64,000 nucleotides of DNA from assembly GCA_012295275.1 (NCBI GenBank), contig CM022676.1:5952001-6016000 (forward strand). Direction: 5' to 3'. Under the pieces are notes generated by a model that saw only the letters and a program-made list of their open reading frames with translations, searched no databases and was not told where the DNA came from. Source of the stretch: Chrysomallon squamiferum. Its lineage: Eukaryota; Animalia; Mollusca. A program made the translations under genes and the position numbers. Of the stretch, positions 39,392-53,390 are shown one piece after another; position 1 is the first letter of the stretch, and every line of letters starts with the position of its first letter.

Positions 39392-42300
39392 CTCCACCTC
39401 TCTCCTTTTCTCTCTCTCTTCCATTCTTTCATTCTACTCAGATATGGGGGGGGTATTATAATAAAAATAAAAAAATAAAAATAAAAACCCTACAAGTTTA
39501 TTTCCAGGTTCATTATTTTTCATTTTATATTTTCCCACCAGCATCTTTTTAAGCGAAAACGAAAACAAAAACTGAAAAAGTCATTACTCTGAAGCCACCG
39601 TTGAATATATTCCAGTATTTTTCACAGACTCGGCATAAAAACACTGTTCCACACCTTCTCGCAATCTATTAAACTTAATTTTCCTTATCTACAAAAACCC
39701 GACAAAAAGTATGTAATATTAATACTTTACAGTTGAATTTCACGTCTGATAAACCATCCATGAAATTATGTTGCAATAGATTTTTTTCTTGTTTTTTTGG
39801 AAAAAATGTTTTGGGAATATTTATTTTTTTTTTTTGGTTATTTTATAAATGCCAGAAATGGGGAAAGTCTTTTGAGAACAACTACAAAGGTTAAAAAAAA
39901 AAAAAAAAAAATAATAATAAAGAAAAAAGTAAAGAAAAAAAAAAAAAAGGAATAGAAGAAAAAATAAATAAAAAAATAAATGTAAAAAAAAACTTGAAAA
40001 AAAAAAAATAAAAAAATGAAATATTAGTAACAGACAAAATGGTTAACTGAATCTACAGAATTTTTTTTTTTTTTTTTTTTTTTAAAAATAAATTATTTTA
40101 TATTCGATTATTTGGTTGTTATTGTTGTATTATGAGTGTAGGTTGGAGTAGGGTTGAATAAAAGTATGGTGTTGTTTGAAATGTGTAATGAAAATTGAAA
40201 TAATTAAGAAAATACTAAAAAAATTTAAAATAATGAATGTTATTAATGGCATGGTCATAAAAAAAAAATAAAGGTAATTCAGTTCATACATATGATTTTT
40301 TAATAAAATTCTTATAAAATAGAATATTAATAAACTTCAAAAGTATTATTAAAATAAAGATGTATTTTAAAATACAGATATCAGATTTTTTATATCAAAA
40401 TAAAGTATTTAAAAATCTTAAAAATCATAAACTGTTAATTTATCAGTGTCTTTAAATTAATGAGTATCATAAAGGATATTAAAAAAAACACCATAATATT
40501 CTTAAAATTCATATTAAAATATTGGCACACTTAAAGTATATTGTTAAATAATACGAGAATGCAGAGTTTTTATTTCTATTTTATTTCCAAAGTATAGTTT
40601 TAATGATGTTTCTATAGCAACTGTGTCTCTGTGAACAAATTATTACCCACATACAAAAAAATCCTTCAGCTTGGAAAAATGCATTATCACCATCTTATTA
40701 TAATTTCTCAAATACACGCACAGACAGACAGACAGACAAACAAACATACAAATTATAAGGTTACAACAGTGCAAACCAGTTTACATGATAAATCTTTACT
40801 TTCAGTCATAAACCATATGATTACATAAAGACCTCTCTCTTTGTATTATAAAATTAATAATTCCCACATGGAATATAACAGTTATTATACCCACGTTTAT
40901 TGGTGGGCGTTAAGTAATGTATAAATTTTAAATAACATAATTTTCAAAAATAGGAAATACGGTACGTATTAATTATTGTATATGACAATTATTATTATAT
41001 ATATATATATATACTCCCATATATATAAATAATAAGTAATGCATGAATATTAAAATGGTTTATGATATATTCAGAATAGGAAATAGGGTATAGTATTAAT
41101 TATCACATAATCATCCATCCCATGCACAAAAAATACATAAAAAAAAAAAAAAAAAAAAGTAATATATAATTTTTTTTTTTTTTTAAAAACCCACCTATCA
41201 TTCAAAATCTGAAATATGGTATCTATTAATTAGCATATTTAATATATAACAATTATCCACTCACCCCCCACCCCCCCCCCACACACCCCACACACATAGA
41301 CAATAATGTTCAAACTATGAAATACGGTATACTGTTATTTATCCTATATATATGATATAACAATCATCCCCACACACACACATGCAGAAACGACATAGTA
41401 ATATATAATTATTAACACAGTTTACAACATAGGAGATAGATAATAAGTGGTGGTTATTAAACCTCAGTATGGCAGGTACATATCTTCGTATCAAATTACC
41501 AGCAAGTGGTAAATTATAGGAAAGGACTGTGGAGAAAAAAAAAAAAAAAAAAAAAAAAAACATCCTTATGTGATGTAGATAGAGGTTCATTGTTTAAAAT
41601 AAAACACTTTTATTTTTTTTTTTTTTTTTTTGAACTGCTGCTGCTGCTGTTGTTGTTGTTGTTGTTGTTGTTGTTACTGCTTAGGATATGTTCATAATTG
41701 TTATTTCTTATAGTTGTTGTGGTTTTTAAATGTTGTTAAAAATGGAGGATGTTGTAGTAGTAGTTGTTGCTGTGGTAATAGTTGTGGTATCTGTGCTAGA
41801 TAGTAATAATTGTACTATTAGTAGTAGTTGTAATAAAGGTAGTTGTGATGATGTAGTAGTAGTAGTTACAACAGTGATAGCTGTGTTAGTAATAATAGTA
41901 AGATTGTTGTAGTAGTAACAGTAATAGCAGCAGTAGTAGAAGTAGTAGTTGTTGTTGTTGTTGTAGTATTTTTTATTGCTACATTCATTTTACTCTACAA
42001 ATCCAACACAAAATCAAAAAACCTTTCTTTTCCCCTTATATCCCATTCAACAAATTAATTATTTTAACCTTCCATTTTTTTCATTATTTCCCTTCTCCTC
42101 ACTGTATTATTATTATTATTATTTTTTTTTTTTTTTTAAACTTTCAACAAGTCTTAAATTTCAACCAGCATGTCCAGCCTTTTCTTTTTTTTCTTTACCT
42201 TCCCAGATCTTCAGGTACATTAAAAATGGGATACTTCAGCAACAGCGTTGCTGTGTTCATTCTGGCAGCGATGTTCTGACAGTCTGGTGATTTAACATCA

Positions 42301-42976
42301 CAGCCAACCTATTCAGACTGCTCAAACTGCTCAAACTGAGATGCTGAGGCAATTGTTGTGTCGACAGATGCTCATTGTGCAATAAACCAGGAATCGGTTT
42401 TGCGGAAAGTAGTACGAAGAGAAATACTGTTTTTATTGCTTCACTATTATTTTAAGAATAGGTGCAAATGTATTTATTGTTTACGGCTGTAAGTTTTAAG
42501 TTGAGGATTGTTTTTTTGAGGGGATGTTGGTGAAAAGTATTCAGACATTTTTACTACCTGTTTTTTTTTCCCCAGGAACTAGTTTTTCAGAGGAGACAGA
42601 TTTATTTAATATCTTTATTGCTTCTTGTTGTTTTTTTTTTTTTTTTCTTTCTTTATTGTTTCAGTAATTCGTTCTTGTTTTTTTTTTTAATCTTTTCTGT
42701 CTGTTTTTTCTTTTTCTCTCATCACCTTTATTTTTTCTTTCTCTGATATTTTCTTACATACTTTTTTCCCTTTGTTGAACATAAACATCTGTATACATAC
42801 ATATAAACATACATACAAACATACACGCACACACAAACATACATACTTGTATACAACATATATATGAAGATGCAAACACATCTAAATATCTTCCCTAACA
42901 AACATACACACACAACAAACATATATTCACAGACACACACACACACACACACAACACACACACAGACACACACTCA

Positions 42977-43020
<44 letters not shown>

Positions 43021-43085
43021 TACTACTTAAAGCCTCACAACCCTAACACCAAACTCTTAGTGCACCTACTCCATCACACACACAC

Positions 43086-43116
<31 letters not shown>

Positions 43117-43119
43117 AGA

Positions 43120-43335
43120 CATACCTGTGACATCACACCTGTAATCAAGGTATAACAAATAACAACATGCTGTCACCGTATCAAACAACTCACCTGTACA
43201 CACCAAGGTGTAAATTACAGTGTCTCACCTGAGTGTTTTACACCTGCTCTCTAATAATTGTCACTCAGGTATGTTGCTGATTGAAGCACAAACAAACACT
43301 CGTCAAGTGATAACTTACGTAACACCTGAAAGGTG
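43120..43335. promoter_or_regulatory. Homotypic cluster of CACCTG/CAGGTA (ZEB/Snail-type E2-box) motifs
   Basis: Seven CAGGTR sites on either strand at 43122, 43136, 43191, 43226, 43241, 43266 and 43323 within about 210 bp of non-tandem sequence. Confidence 0.45.
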
Positions 43336-43604
43336 TTTTTATTCCGGAATGTTCTTCCTCTTTCTCATTCTTTAATCCTTTTTTCTTCTTTCCTTTCTTT
43401 CTTTAATCCTCTCTCTATATTTTTTTCCTCATTCGTTAATCCTTTTTTCTTTTCTTCCATCATCTGCTTTTATTTCTGCTTCTTTCTTTTTTTTTTTTTT
43501 TTTTTTTTTTTTAAGCAAGAACTTGATTTCCATGCTGAACTATTTGTTATTTTATCCCATTCCGATCACAGCCTGTAACTAACTAACAGACAGACAGAAA
43601 GACA

Positions 43605-43822
43605 GTCAGACAAATATGCAGATTATAAGGTACAATAGTGCAAATGGCTTCAGTGATAAATCTTTATTTTCAGTCACAAAACACATGATTACAAAAAGCA
43701 CTCTCTCTCTCTTTGTATTATGAAATTATTAATGTTCTAAAAGCTGTGATGGTTGGATGAATTCTTTTTGTGTTTGTGTGAAAACAAGTACATGATGGTA
43801 TAAGTAGATGTCTGATGGTATC

Positions 43823-43853
<31 letters not shown>

Positions 43854-43898
43854 AATATGCAGATTATATGGTACAACAGTGCAAATGGAGAGAGAGAC

Positions 43899-43951
<53 letters not shown>

Positions 43952-43985
43952 AATATGCAGATTATATGGTACAACAGTGCAAATG

Positions 43986-44075
<90 letters not shown>
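43605..44075. repeat. Three copies of GACAAATATGCAGATTAT..GGTACAA.AGTGCAAATGG interleaved with (GA)n
   Basis: Copies at about 43609, 43850 and 43948; a related copy lies at about 40738. Confidence 0.85.
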
Positions 44076-44524
44076 CTGACTAAATATACCTGAGGGAGAC
44101 ATTTATATAAAACTAAATAATTCAAAGAAAGAAAGAAAATGAGAAAATGACTGAAAGAGAGAAACAAATATAAGTACATATAATTATAGAAATAATGCTT
44201 TATGAGGTTTTTTTTAATCTTTCTTTCTTTATTTATTTTTTTATATTTTATTTTTATTATTATTATTTTTTTTTTATATATATAGGAGTGTCAACCATCC
44301 CAAATAATGAAAATGGCTTTTTGAATAATAGGATGAGTTAAAAATATCAGTAATACTATATTCCGTCACACAGGTATTGATTTGCACTATCATCTTCTCT
44401 TGAAATAGCATTCTTAAAATGGAAGACTAAACAACACACACAAATCTGAACGGCATTTCGGGGCTTAACTGTTAGTTCAGTACTTGCTTGCTTGTTAAGT
44501 ATGGTTTGTTGAGTGGAATGTATT

Positions 44525-44592
44525 ACCATGGTTGGTTAAGACGTTGGATTTGAGAGTGGGAGGAGCCAGGATCAAATCCTGTATAAGCTCTT
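44525..44592 (+). mobile_element. tRNA-derived SINE head remnant
   Basis: A-box-like TGGTTGGTTAAGAC and B-box-like GGATCAAATCC at tRNA-like spacing; no intact cloverleaf. Confidence 0.4.
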
Positions 44593-45349
44593 ATGGAGAG
44601 ATATTTAAAGAGATGTTAAAAAACACAATATTTGGTTTTATTATTATTGTCGTTACTGCATTTGTTACTGGTATTATTACTAATAAACTACCACCACTAC
44701 TACCACTACTACTACTACTACTACTACCACCTCAACTATTGTTGTTGTTATGTTTACTACTACTACTATAATTATTAATATTATTTTACTGTTGTTTAGT
44801 TTATGTAACCACTATTACAGTTATAATTATTAATATTATTATTATTTTGTTGTTGTTGTTGTTTAATATTACTACTATTATAATTAGTAATATTATTGTT
44901 GTTTTCTTATTCTTCTTTTTCATCTTGTTATTATTACTACTACTGTTACTATTATTGTTGTTATATATATGTTTAAGAGATATTTGTATTGGATAACATG
45001 GAAGTATACTTGTGTGTGTGTTTTACAAGTCAGTACAAGTAAAGGTGTGTATGTATGTGTGTCTGTGAATATAAAAATGTAAATGCACAAAATCCACATT
45101 AAAAATTGCCATATAAAAAAAAAACCTACAGATCAACAATAATGACTTAAATATATGGCATTTTTACATTTTTATCCCGTTCTAAACAATTCCACTAACT
45201 CTTCAATCAGATTTTAGTAATAAAAAATACTTACAGATTTTTTTGTCATGAAAGCATGTTAAGAATTATTATATTCACTGACACACAAATAATTCAAGTT
45301 TCCATTTTGAAAAAATTGGTGTCAGAATCTTACATAACATATTGACTGG

Positions 45350-46290
45350 CACTTGCTGTTTTTCTTAGAAACTTCGATATGAAATTATAATCCTTTAAAA
45401 CACAAGTCAGAAATCTGCTTTCTGCTTTTCAAAATGTGATGTTGAAATCTTGTTTATGTACACTGACACAAAATATTTATGTTTTTGGGGCGTTTTTTTT
45501 GTTTGTTTGTTTTTTTTTTTAGAAAATTTCAAAATTGAAGTTATGCATACATCTTTATTTGTTGGCAAGGAATTTGTTTCTAACTTTTGAAAATGTGATG
45601 TTGAAATCTTGTTTAAGTGTACTGACAGAAAATATTTTGGTTTTTTATTGGGGTTTTTTCTTTAGGAAATTTCAAAATGAAATTATACATAAGTCTTTAA
45701 TTCTTGGCAAGGAATTTCGTTTTAGCTTTTGAAAATTATATGTTGAAATCTTGTTTAAGTATACTGACACAAAATATTTAGTTCTATTATTATTATATTC
45801 TTTTTTGGTGTGTTTTTTTTTTTTAAAGAAAATTTCAAAATGAAATTATGCATAAGCCTTTAATTCTTGGCAAGGAAGTTGGTTTTAACATTTGAAAATG
45901 TGATGTTGAAATCTTGTTAAAGTATATTTCCACAACATTTTTTTGATTGTTTTTAAAACATTTTTAGAGTATTTTGATACGAAATTATACATAAGCCTTT
46001 AATTCTTGGCAAGGAATTTTGTTCCTAACTTTTAAAAATGTGATGTTGAAATCTTGTTTAAGAATATTAACACAAAATATTATTTTTTTTTTTTAAGAAA
46101 ATTTGTATACAAAATTATAGATAATCCTTTAATTCTTGGCAAGTTGTTTATTTTTAACTTTTAAAACTGATGTTGATGTATACGGTTACAGCTAAAAATT
46201 ATATTTTTTGTTGATAACTCCAATATGAAATTATACATAATCTCTTAATTCTTGAGCAAGGGTTTTTTTTTTTCATTTTGAAAATTTGAT
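45350..46290. repeat. Minisatellite, about 6-7 copies of a ~130-160 bp unit
   Basis: TTTAATTCTTGGCAAGGAA...AAAATGTGATGTTGAAATCTTGTTTAAG recurs. Confidence 0.88.
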
Positions 46291-47099
46291 ATTGACATCT
46301 TGTATAATTCAAAATGATTACTAATGAAAAATTCAGATATATAAACTATTATAAGGTATATATAACTGTAAAGTTGTCTTTTAAAAACATATCGCTCCAA
46401 AATGTTTTTCTTTTGAAAAACTTTGAGTACAGAATTTTTTAAACTATATAATTCTAAAGTCATTTTCTGTACAGTGATTGCTCCAAAAAAATAATTCGAT
46501 TTTAAAAAAAAAAAAAAAAAATGGATATAGATTTTTTTTTAAATGTATATAATTCTGAAGCAAAAAAAAAAAAAAAATGAATAAAATAATTTTCTTAAAT
46601 TATCTAAAAATTACAAACTTCTCAAAGAACGAGAAACAAAATATGAAACCATTAAGAATTTTTTTTTTTTCTTCAAAATCGGAATAAACCAAAAAATCTC
46701 AGAAAAGGAAATACAAAAAAAAATTAAAAAAAAATAAAAAAAAAAATGGCCGAATTATTCAGACCATAATTTCTTCCAAACAGACATTTACATTCAGCAA
46801 CAACGTCAAAGTTATTACCAACATGACAATGCAGAATTTCAACAGCGTCATCTGTATGTATGAGATGTGATTTTCAAATCAAAACACTGACTGAAGATGT
46901 TGCAGGCAGCTTTGACCCGCCGTCACGACCCCTGACAAATTCAGCGGCAGCCATAAAGCATATCCAGTGAAGTAATGGATATCCCATCAGTCACTGCAAT
47001 GGCAAATACTATTGCATTATGGGATAATAATACGGCTGGAATGTCAAATACATGACTGATGTTTGTTCAGAAATTCAAAATGCGATTTGTCTGTCGTAT

Positions 47100-47410
47100 T
47101 GTTTGAGAATATGGATCAGAGTTTGAGGAACTGGATCAGAGTTTGAGAAAATGGATCACGTTTTGAGAAAGTGGATTATAATTTGAGAAAATGGATCACA
47201 TTTTGAGAAAGCGGATTATAGGAGAAAATGGATAATAATTTGAGAATCTAGATCACAGATTACAAAACAGCTTTAAAATTATGGATAATATTTCACAGAA
47301 ACTACATTACAAGTTCGAAAAATCTAGCCATTTGACATCCTGGATCATAACATGAGCACCTGGATCTCAATTTTGAGCGCCTGGATCACAGTCTGAGCAT
47401 CCAGATCGCA
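47100..47410. repeat. 20-bp tandem repeat (TTTGAGAAAATGGATCACA.)
   Basis: TGGATCA/TGGATTA recurs at 20-bp period. Confidence 0.85.
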
Positions 47411-47707
47411 GTATCTTAATGGACAATTTTCTGTCTGTTAAATAAAGATTGAATGAGAATGAAAATCTGTCTGCCTGATGACTTGTTTCATCTGGATCAG
47501 ACAGGTTAAATCCACATCAAACTGGTTATAGCTGGTATTTAGCTTCTTCCCTGATTATATATTCAGGTTGCTTAAAGATGATGTCAATGATGATGTCAGT
47601 GTGGATATCAAAGATGGTGGAACTGAACGCACAGATTATATCTAGTTTATATTTCTGCTTCGAATGTGATCTCTAATTTTTTTTAGTAGATGCTGATGAT
47701 GATAGAA

Positions 47708-47742
<35 letters not shown>

Positions 47743-49684
47743 ATAGTATCATCATAATCACTGGAAACATTTAATTTTCTAATAATTTTTTGTATGATGA
47801 TTAAATTCATGTATTTTTTTCCTTTTCATTCATCTTCCCATCTGTCAATCCATTTGTTCTGTCTTCTGTTTGTGTTTTTCTTCTTTCATTTCATTATCAC
47901 AGAAATTATCAATCCATCACACAAACCTTTTTATTTTTTATTTTTTTTTTTTATTTCTTACTGTTTATTTATTCATCTATCATTCACAATATTCTTTCCA
48001 ACTTTCTATCCATCCATCCATCCTTCATTCATTCATTCATTCATTCATTATTCATCCATCCTTCCAGTCATCCATGTATTCATTCATCCGTACATTAATA
48101 TACTTCTGTTCCTCACTTCATTTTGTTTGAACTTAAATTCTGCTCCATCATCCAAGCAACAAATTCAATTTAGTAAAACCCCCCCAAAAATGAATTTTTA
48201 AATGTTTTTTTATTATTATGGACAATTTGCATTAAAACCAATAAATAGTTTTTGGAGGAGGCAGAAATTCTTCCAAAGTGTTTCAAAATTTAATTTTCTT
48301 GCTTTCATCTTTTTCCAAAATTAATTTTCCTTTTTCAAAATTTACAGCTCAAAAATGTATAAAAGCAATAAACATGCATTTTTATTTTTTTAAATTTTTT
48401 TTTAAAAATTTTTTCCTTCTCCAACTCATTTCTGATCACAATTTATGAATCAAAAAGTGAATTTATGTTTAATGGAAAACTTTGAATTTTTTTTTGTCAT
48501 AATTCTCTTAATGATATTTCGCGACTTTAGAACACACAAAAACCAATCACCAAATTAATCTTCTTTTTTTTTTTTTTTTAAATTTGCAAAACTAAGTTTT
48601 GTTAACTTTTATTTTTTAAACTTAAACCATTTTTGTTTTATGTTATGGTCTTATTTCAGTATTATTTTGAAATGGATTTAAACACAATTTTGATAAAAAA
48701 GAAAAGTTTTTCAGTCAGTTTATGCAATCATAACCTCATTTTAAAGGACATTTCAAAAGACTGTATACAAAGAACACCTGTTGAAAATGGTTGCAAACAT
48801 AAAAATTACACCATAAATACTTACTTACACATACACACACACATTTTCACACACATATATACATTATGTACACATTTTCATACACCATATAGATATACAG
48901 ATGCATTATATAACCATACATACATGACAGACAGACAGACAAACAGATATAACACACACACACACACATATACATTTCCATCCATCCATTTGACCATACA
49001 TATAAAACATATATCCAAAATCCCATCACAATCATTCCTTTAATAAGACAAAAACAGATTAGCAAAAAAAACCAACACTCATTTTCTTTAATAAAAAAAC
49101 AACAAACAAAAACCAAACTCTTTCCCTGAGAAAAAAAATTGCATAAAAAAAAAAAAAAAAAAAAAAAAAACCTTCACCCAACATTTCTCCATGATTAAAA
49201 GTGCCATCCTAACAAACAACAGGAAGCTATATCAAACCAGACAGACCAAGTCACGCAAACATATTCTTCTACACACGCCCGAGAACCGTTATCAAACTGC
49301 CCGGAGTACAGTCTAGTGTCAAAGATGGCTGACACTTTTCCATCAGAGATAAATGGATGTGGGCTCGCATGGTTCCTGGTCAGATACAACTTCCATTAAC
49401 AAGACTGATAACCAGATTTAGCTTAGATAATCGAGACTGTGCCTGCTAGCCTCAATTTCCTGTCATTAGATTTAATATCTGTCTGATAGAGACAAAGAAT
49501 GTGGGTTAATTAATTGTCGTATAATTGCGAGTTTTTGTGAGTTTTGATCACGAAACGTAAATGTGTGTTATTATGTTGGTAGATGTTTAAAGTGTAATGT
49601 GTGTATATACAGACACACATATACATATACATATACAAATCTACATATTTTCACTGTCACATTCACAAACACATGCACAAACAT

Positions 49685-49744
<60 letters not shown>

Positions 49745-52114
49745 TACCTCATGCATTTTGGTCTATACTTACACACACACGGACACACACACATACACAC
49801 TTACACATTCATACTCAATCTTACTCACTCACTCACCTCCCCACACACACACTAAACTCTCTCTCTCTCTCCTCACTCTCCCTCTCTCTGTCACTCTCAT
49901 ACACACACAGACACACAAACATACACCCATTCATTCAACTCATGAACATACACGACTTTAACATCCACAAGAACGAAAACAACATTATCCTCGGCTCCGA
50001 TACTGTTCTCTATACTTCAAATTTTGATAAATCTGTCTCGAACAGCAGAAGGCAATATTGCGATTTCCTAGCAGATATGTCAATCTTCTTAAACCAAAAT
50101 GTCACGAGAGACATCAGAATAAACGCTTTGACGTATATTTATAAATCTTTACGATTATTTATGTCCATATTTTATGTAAAAATATTCAACACTATCCTTC
50201 TGTTGCAGTCCTGATGGGAAAAGGTTATTTATAAAACGGGAAGACTAAATTTTTTATATTTGCAAGGTGAAAGATTTGTTGTGTAGAAAGTAGTATTTTT
50301 TTTTTTTTTTTTTTTTGGTGAGAAGTGTGTAAAAGTGTTTTTGTAATATTTTTGAAAGGAAGAGGATTTTAAATTGTTATTTTTTTATTTTTTTTTTTTT
50401 ATTTTTTTAATATTTATTTATTTATTTATTTATTTATTATTATTTTAATTATTATTATTATTATTATTAACATCTCATTTCAGTATTTGATTTAATTTTG
50501 TTCTTTTCTTTTCATTATTTAAAAAAATATTTATTCTCTTTTTTCTTTATTTGGTATCTTTTCTGTACAGTTTCAACATTTAGTTCTTTTCTGTTGTTCA
50601 TCTTTTTCTATACTGCTTCAATATTATCACGTTCTTTTTCTTGTTCATGTCTGTATTTCACTTTCTCCATATATCTATTGCTGTCTCTGTCTCTCTGTCT
50701 CTCTCTCTTTCCTTCTCTCTATCAGATTCTGTTTCTCTCACTCTGTTTTATTTTCTACGCTTTCTGTCATTCTCAAATTCCTTCTTTTTATCTCTCTATC
50801 TATCTTTCTCCGTCTCTCACTTTGTCTGTCTCTATCTCTTTTTCTCACATCTTTATCTCTTCTTATCTGTATATACACATCTTTCTTCTGGTCTGTAACT
50901 GTACTATTCTCTTTTTTACTCTTCTTTTGTTTTTTTTCTTCTGTTTTACATGATCTATAGATCTGTAAGTATTTAACTAAAAACATTTATTAGTTAACAA
51001 GCCCCAAGTAATCAGGTAAAATGACGAGTTAATTATCTCGTAAAGTATTTGTACAAGTCATAATTCAATCATCAGGTTGTTATTTACAATGAGAACTTGT
51101 TGTTTTGTTAGTAGTATTTTCTTGAAAACTTTTTTTTTTTTTTTTTTGTACCGAAAAACTTGTTATATGTATGTATGTTTTGCTGTTTATGGGATTGCAC
51201 ACATTAAAGTTTCTTTTCTGCTAACTGATAGCTAGTTCTTCTCTAATTTCTTCATCTTTTTTTTTTTTCTTTTCTTTATTTCTTTATTATTGGGAATTTT
51301 TCAAGATTTCTTTTTTTTTTTGCCAGTTTGTTTCTTTTAAAGATGCACCTTCATATTATTTATTTGCTCGTATCCGTTTAATTTCTATCTTCGTTCGTTT
51401 TAATTTTAACACAACCCACAGAATTAAATAAAACACATGGATGGCAGTTTTCAGACATAATTAGTTTCTGAAAATAAACAGGAACGGTGGCACCAAAAAT
51501 TCATTCTTGTGCCAGAAAGATCTGGTACCTGAAAAATACCTTTCATCAGCAACAGCAAGCCTAAAAATGAAAAATGAAATTACATATTTTTTTTTCTGGA
51601 AATTTTGCCAACATAAGCAAAAATCAGCTGGCTCGATAACAAAATGGCAGCTTAGTAATTAATTTTTTGGAGATATGTGTGAAACAGTACAGATGAAAGA
51701 GGTGTTAGGAGTGGTGCAGAGATGTATGTAGGTAGACTGTATCACTAATAATACATATATATATGCATATATAAATGTGTGTGTGTATGTATGTGTGTTG
51801 TATATATGTGTGTGTGTGTATATAAATTTGTATGTATATGTATCTCTTTCTATATATCTATATATCTATTTCTATGTATGTAGGTATAAATGTGTGTGTG
51901 TGTATGTGTGTTTGTAATCTTTATATGTTATATATATGTGTGTGCATATATAAATGTGTATATATATGTATGTATATGTATATCTATATCTATTTCTCTA
52001 TATATACATATGTAGGTATAAATATATGTGTGTATGTGTGTCTGTGTGTTTGTAATTTTTGCATGTTATATGTCTATGTATTCACATACAAAACACTTTT
52101 TCTGCATCTTCACA

Positions 52115-52153
<39 letters not shown>

Positions 52154-52868
52154 TTGTTAATATAGCTAAAGCTAACAGACAGACAAACAGACATAGCCCA
52201 CACTTTATTTCTGTTTATTCTCAGATTGTACACAGTTCTAACCACCATTCCATTGTCAAATTCTTTTAAATTTGTGTGTTTGTGTGAATGTATGTGTGTA
52301 TAATTGTGTGTGCATAATTATAAATGCATATAACTGCATGCATACTTGTGCAAAAACAAATATCTTGACCTTTCTGGGCAGCTACTATTCAGGAACGGGA
52401 AATAACTGAGAAAGCTGAAGTCGTGTGTGTGTGTGAGTGTGAGTGCATGAGCATCCCAGCATGCAACTGTTAGCCTCAGTGCAGAGCTATCTCATGTTTC
52501 TGTAATCTGTTCACTTTGACAAATTACAGTTTTCACTTTCACAGACGCCACGAAATTAGCCTGTCGCCATTTTTAACCAGAAACACGATAACCTGGTCAG
52601 TGTGTTCAGTTAGAGACAGAGAGACAGAGACAGATTGAAGGGAATGTGAGGTCAGTGTGTTCAGTAACAAGACAAGCAATGGGTGAGCACAGTCTTGAGC
52701 TTTGGTTTGTAAGAAATTAGAGTTTTCAGTTAGAGACAGACAGAGAGAGAGACAGAGACAGAGACAGATTGAGGGGAATGTGAGGCAGAAGGAAGGTCAA
52801 TAGTGATGGAGACAACTGTTCAGAATAAAAGAGGAACAGATTTGAGAGAGTGACAGTGAGAGAATGAC

Positions 52869-52900
<32 letters not shown>

Positions 52901-52974
52901 ACAGAGAGAAAAAAAAAATGTTACAATAGTGGTCAGACAAAAAAAACTACAACTGGTTATATACATGACAGCTG

Positions 52975-53390
52975 CTCTTGGTTTTGATCCAAGCACTTAC
53001 CAATCTTAAAGCCAAAAGCTTAACCGGGTTTAATATTAAAGAAAAAATAGTGTGGCAAATAACAACATAAATTGAATTTGAACCAAGTACTTACCAATCT
53101 TAAAGCCAAATGCTTAAGCAAGGTTATCATTAAAGAAAAAAAAAAAAAATAGTGAGGCATATGACAACATAAACAGGATTTGAACCAAGTACTTACCAGT
53201 CTTAAAGACTAAAAAAGCTAAACCAGAGTGCTAGAACTTAGAGTAAAAAAAACATAATACCATCATCAGGATTTGAACCAAATTACTCACCAGTCTTAAA
53301 GCCAGTGGGTTAAACAGCATAATACCCCAACAGTAAGATTTGAACCAAGACTCACCTGTTCATAAAAAAAACAGTATCTTAACCATACCA
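52975..53390 (-). repeat. Tandem array (about 5 copies, 70-105 bp units) of a tRNA/SINE-head fragment
   Basis: Unit core GGATTTGAACCAAGTACTTACCAGTCTTAAAGCCAAATGCTTAAC; the reverse complement contains B-box GGTTCAAATCC. Confidence 0.65.

Noticed and set aside
45350-46290. Repeat-spacer appearance suggestive of a CRISPR-like array (also 24285-24580 and 52975-53390)
   Set aside because: Eukaryotic context, the spacers are mutually homologous and the repeats degenerate; these are ordinary minisatellites with no cas genes.
47567-47645. Plus-strand frame LLKDDVNDDVSVDIKDGGTERTDYI* after ATTCAG
   Set aside because: Weak pyrimidine tract, and the acidic content derives from GAT-repeat-like sequence.
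49942-50214. Non-repetitive tail of ORF 49597..50214 (about 90 codons)
   Set aside because: No splice signals bounding it and no recognisable protein features.
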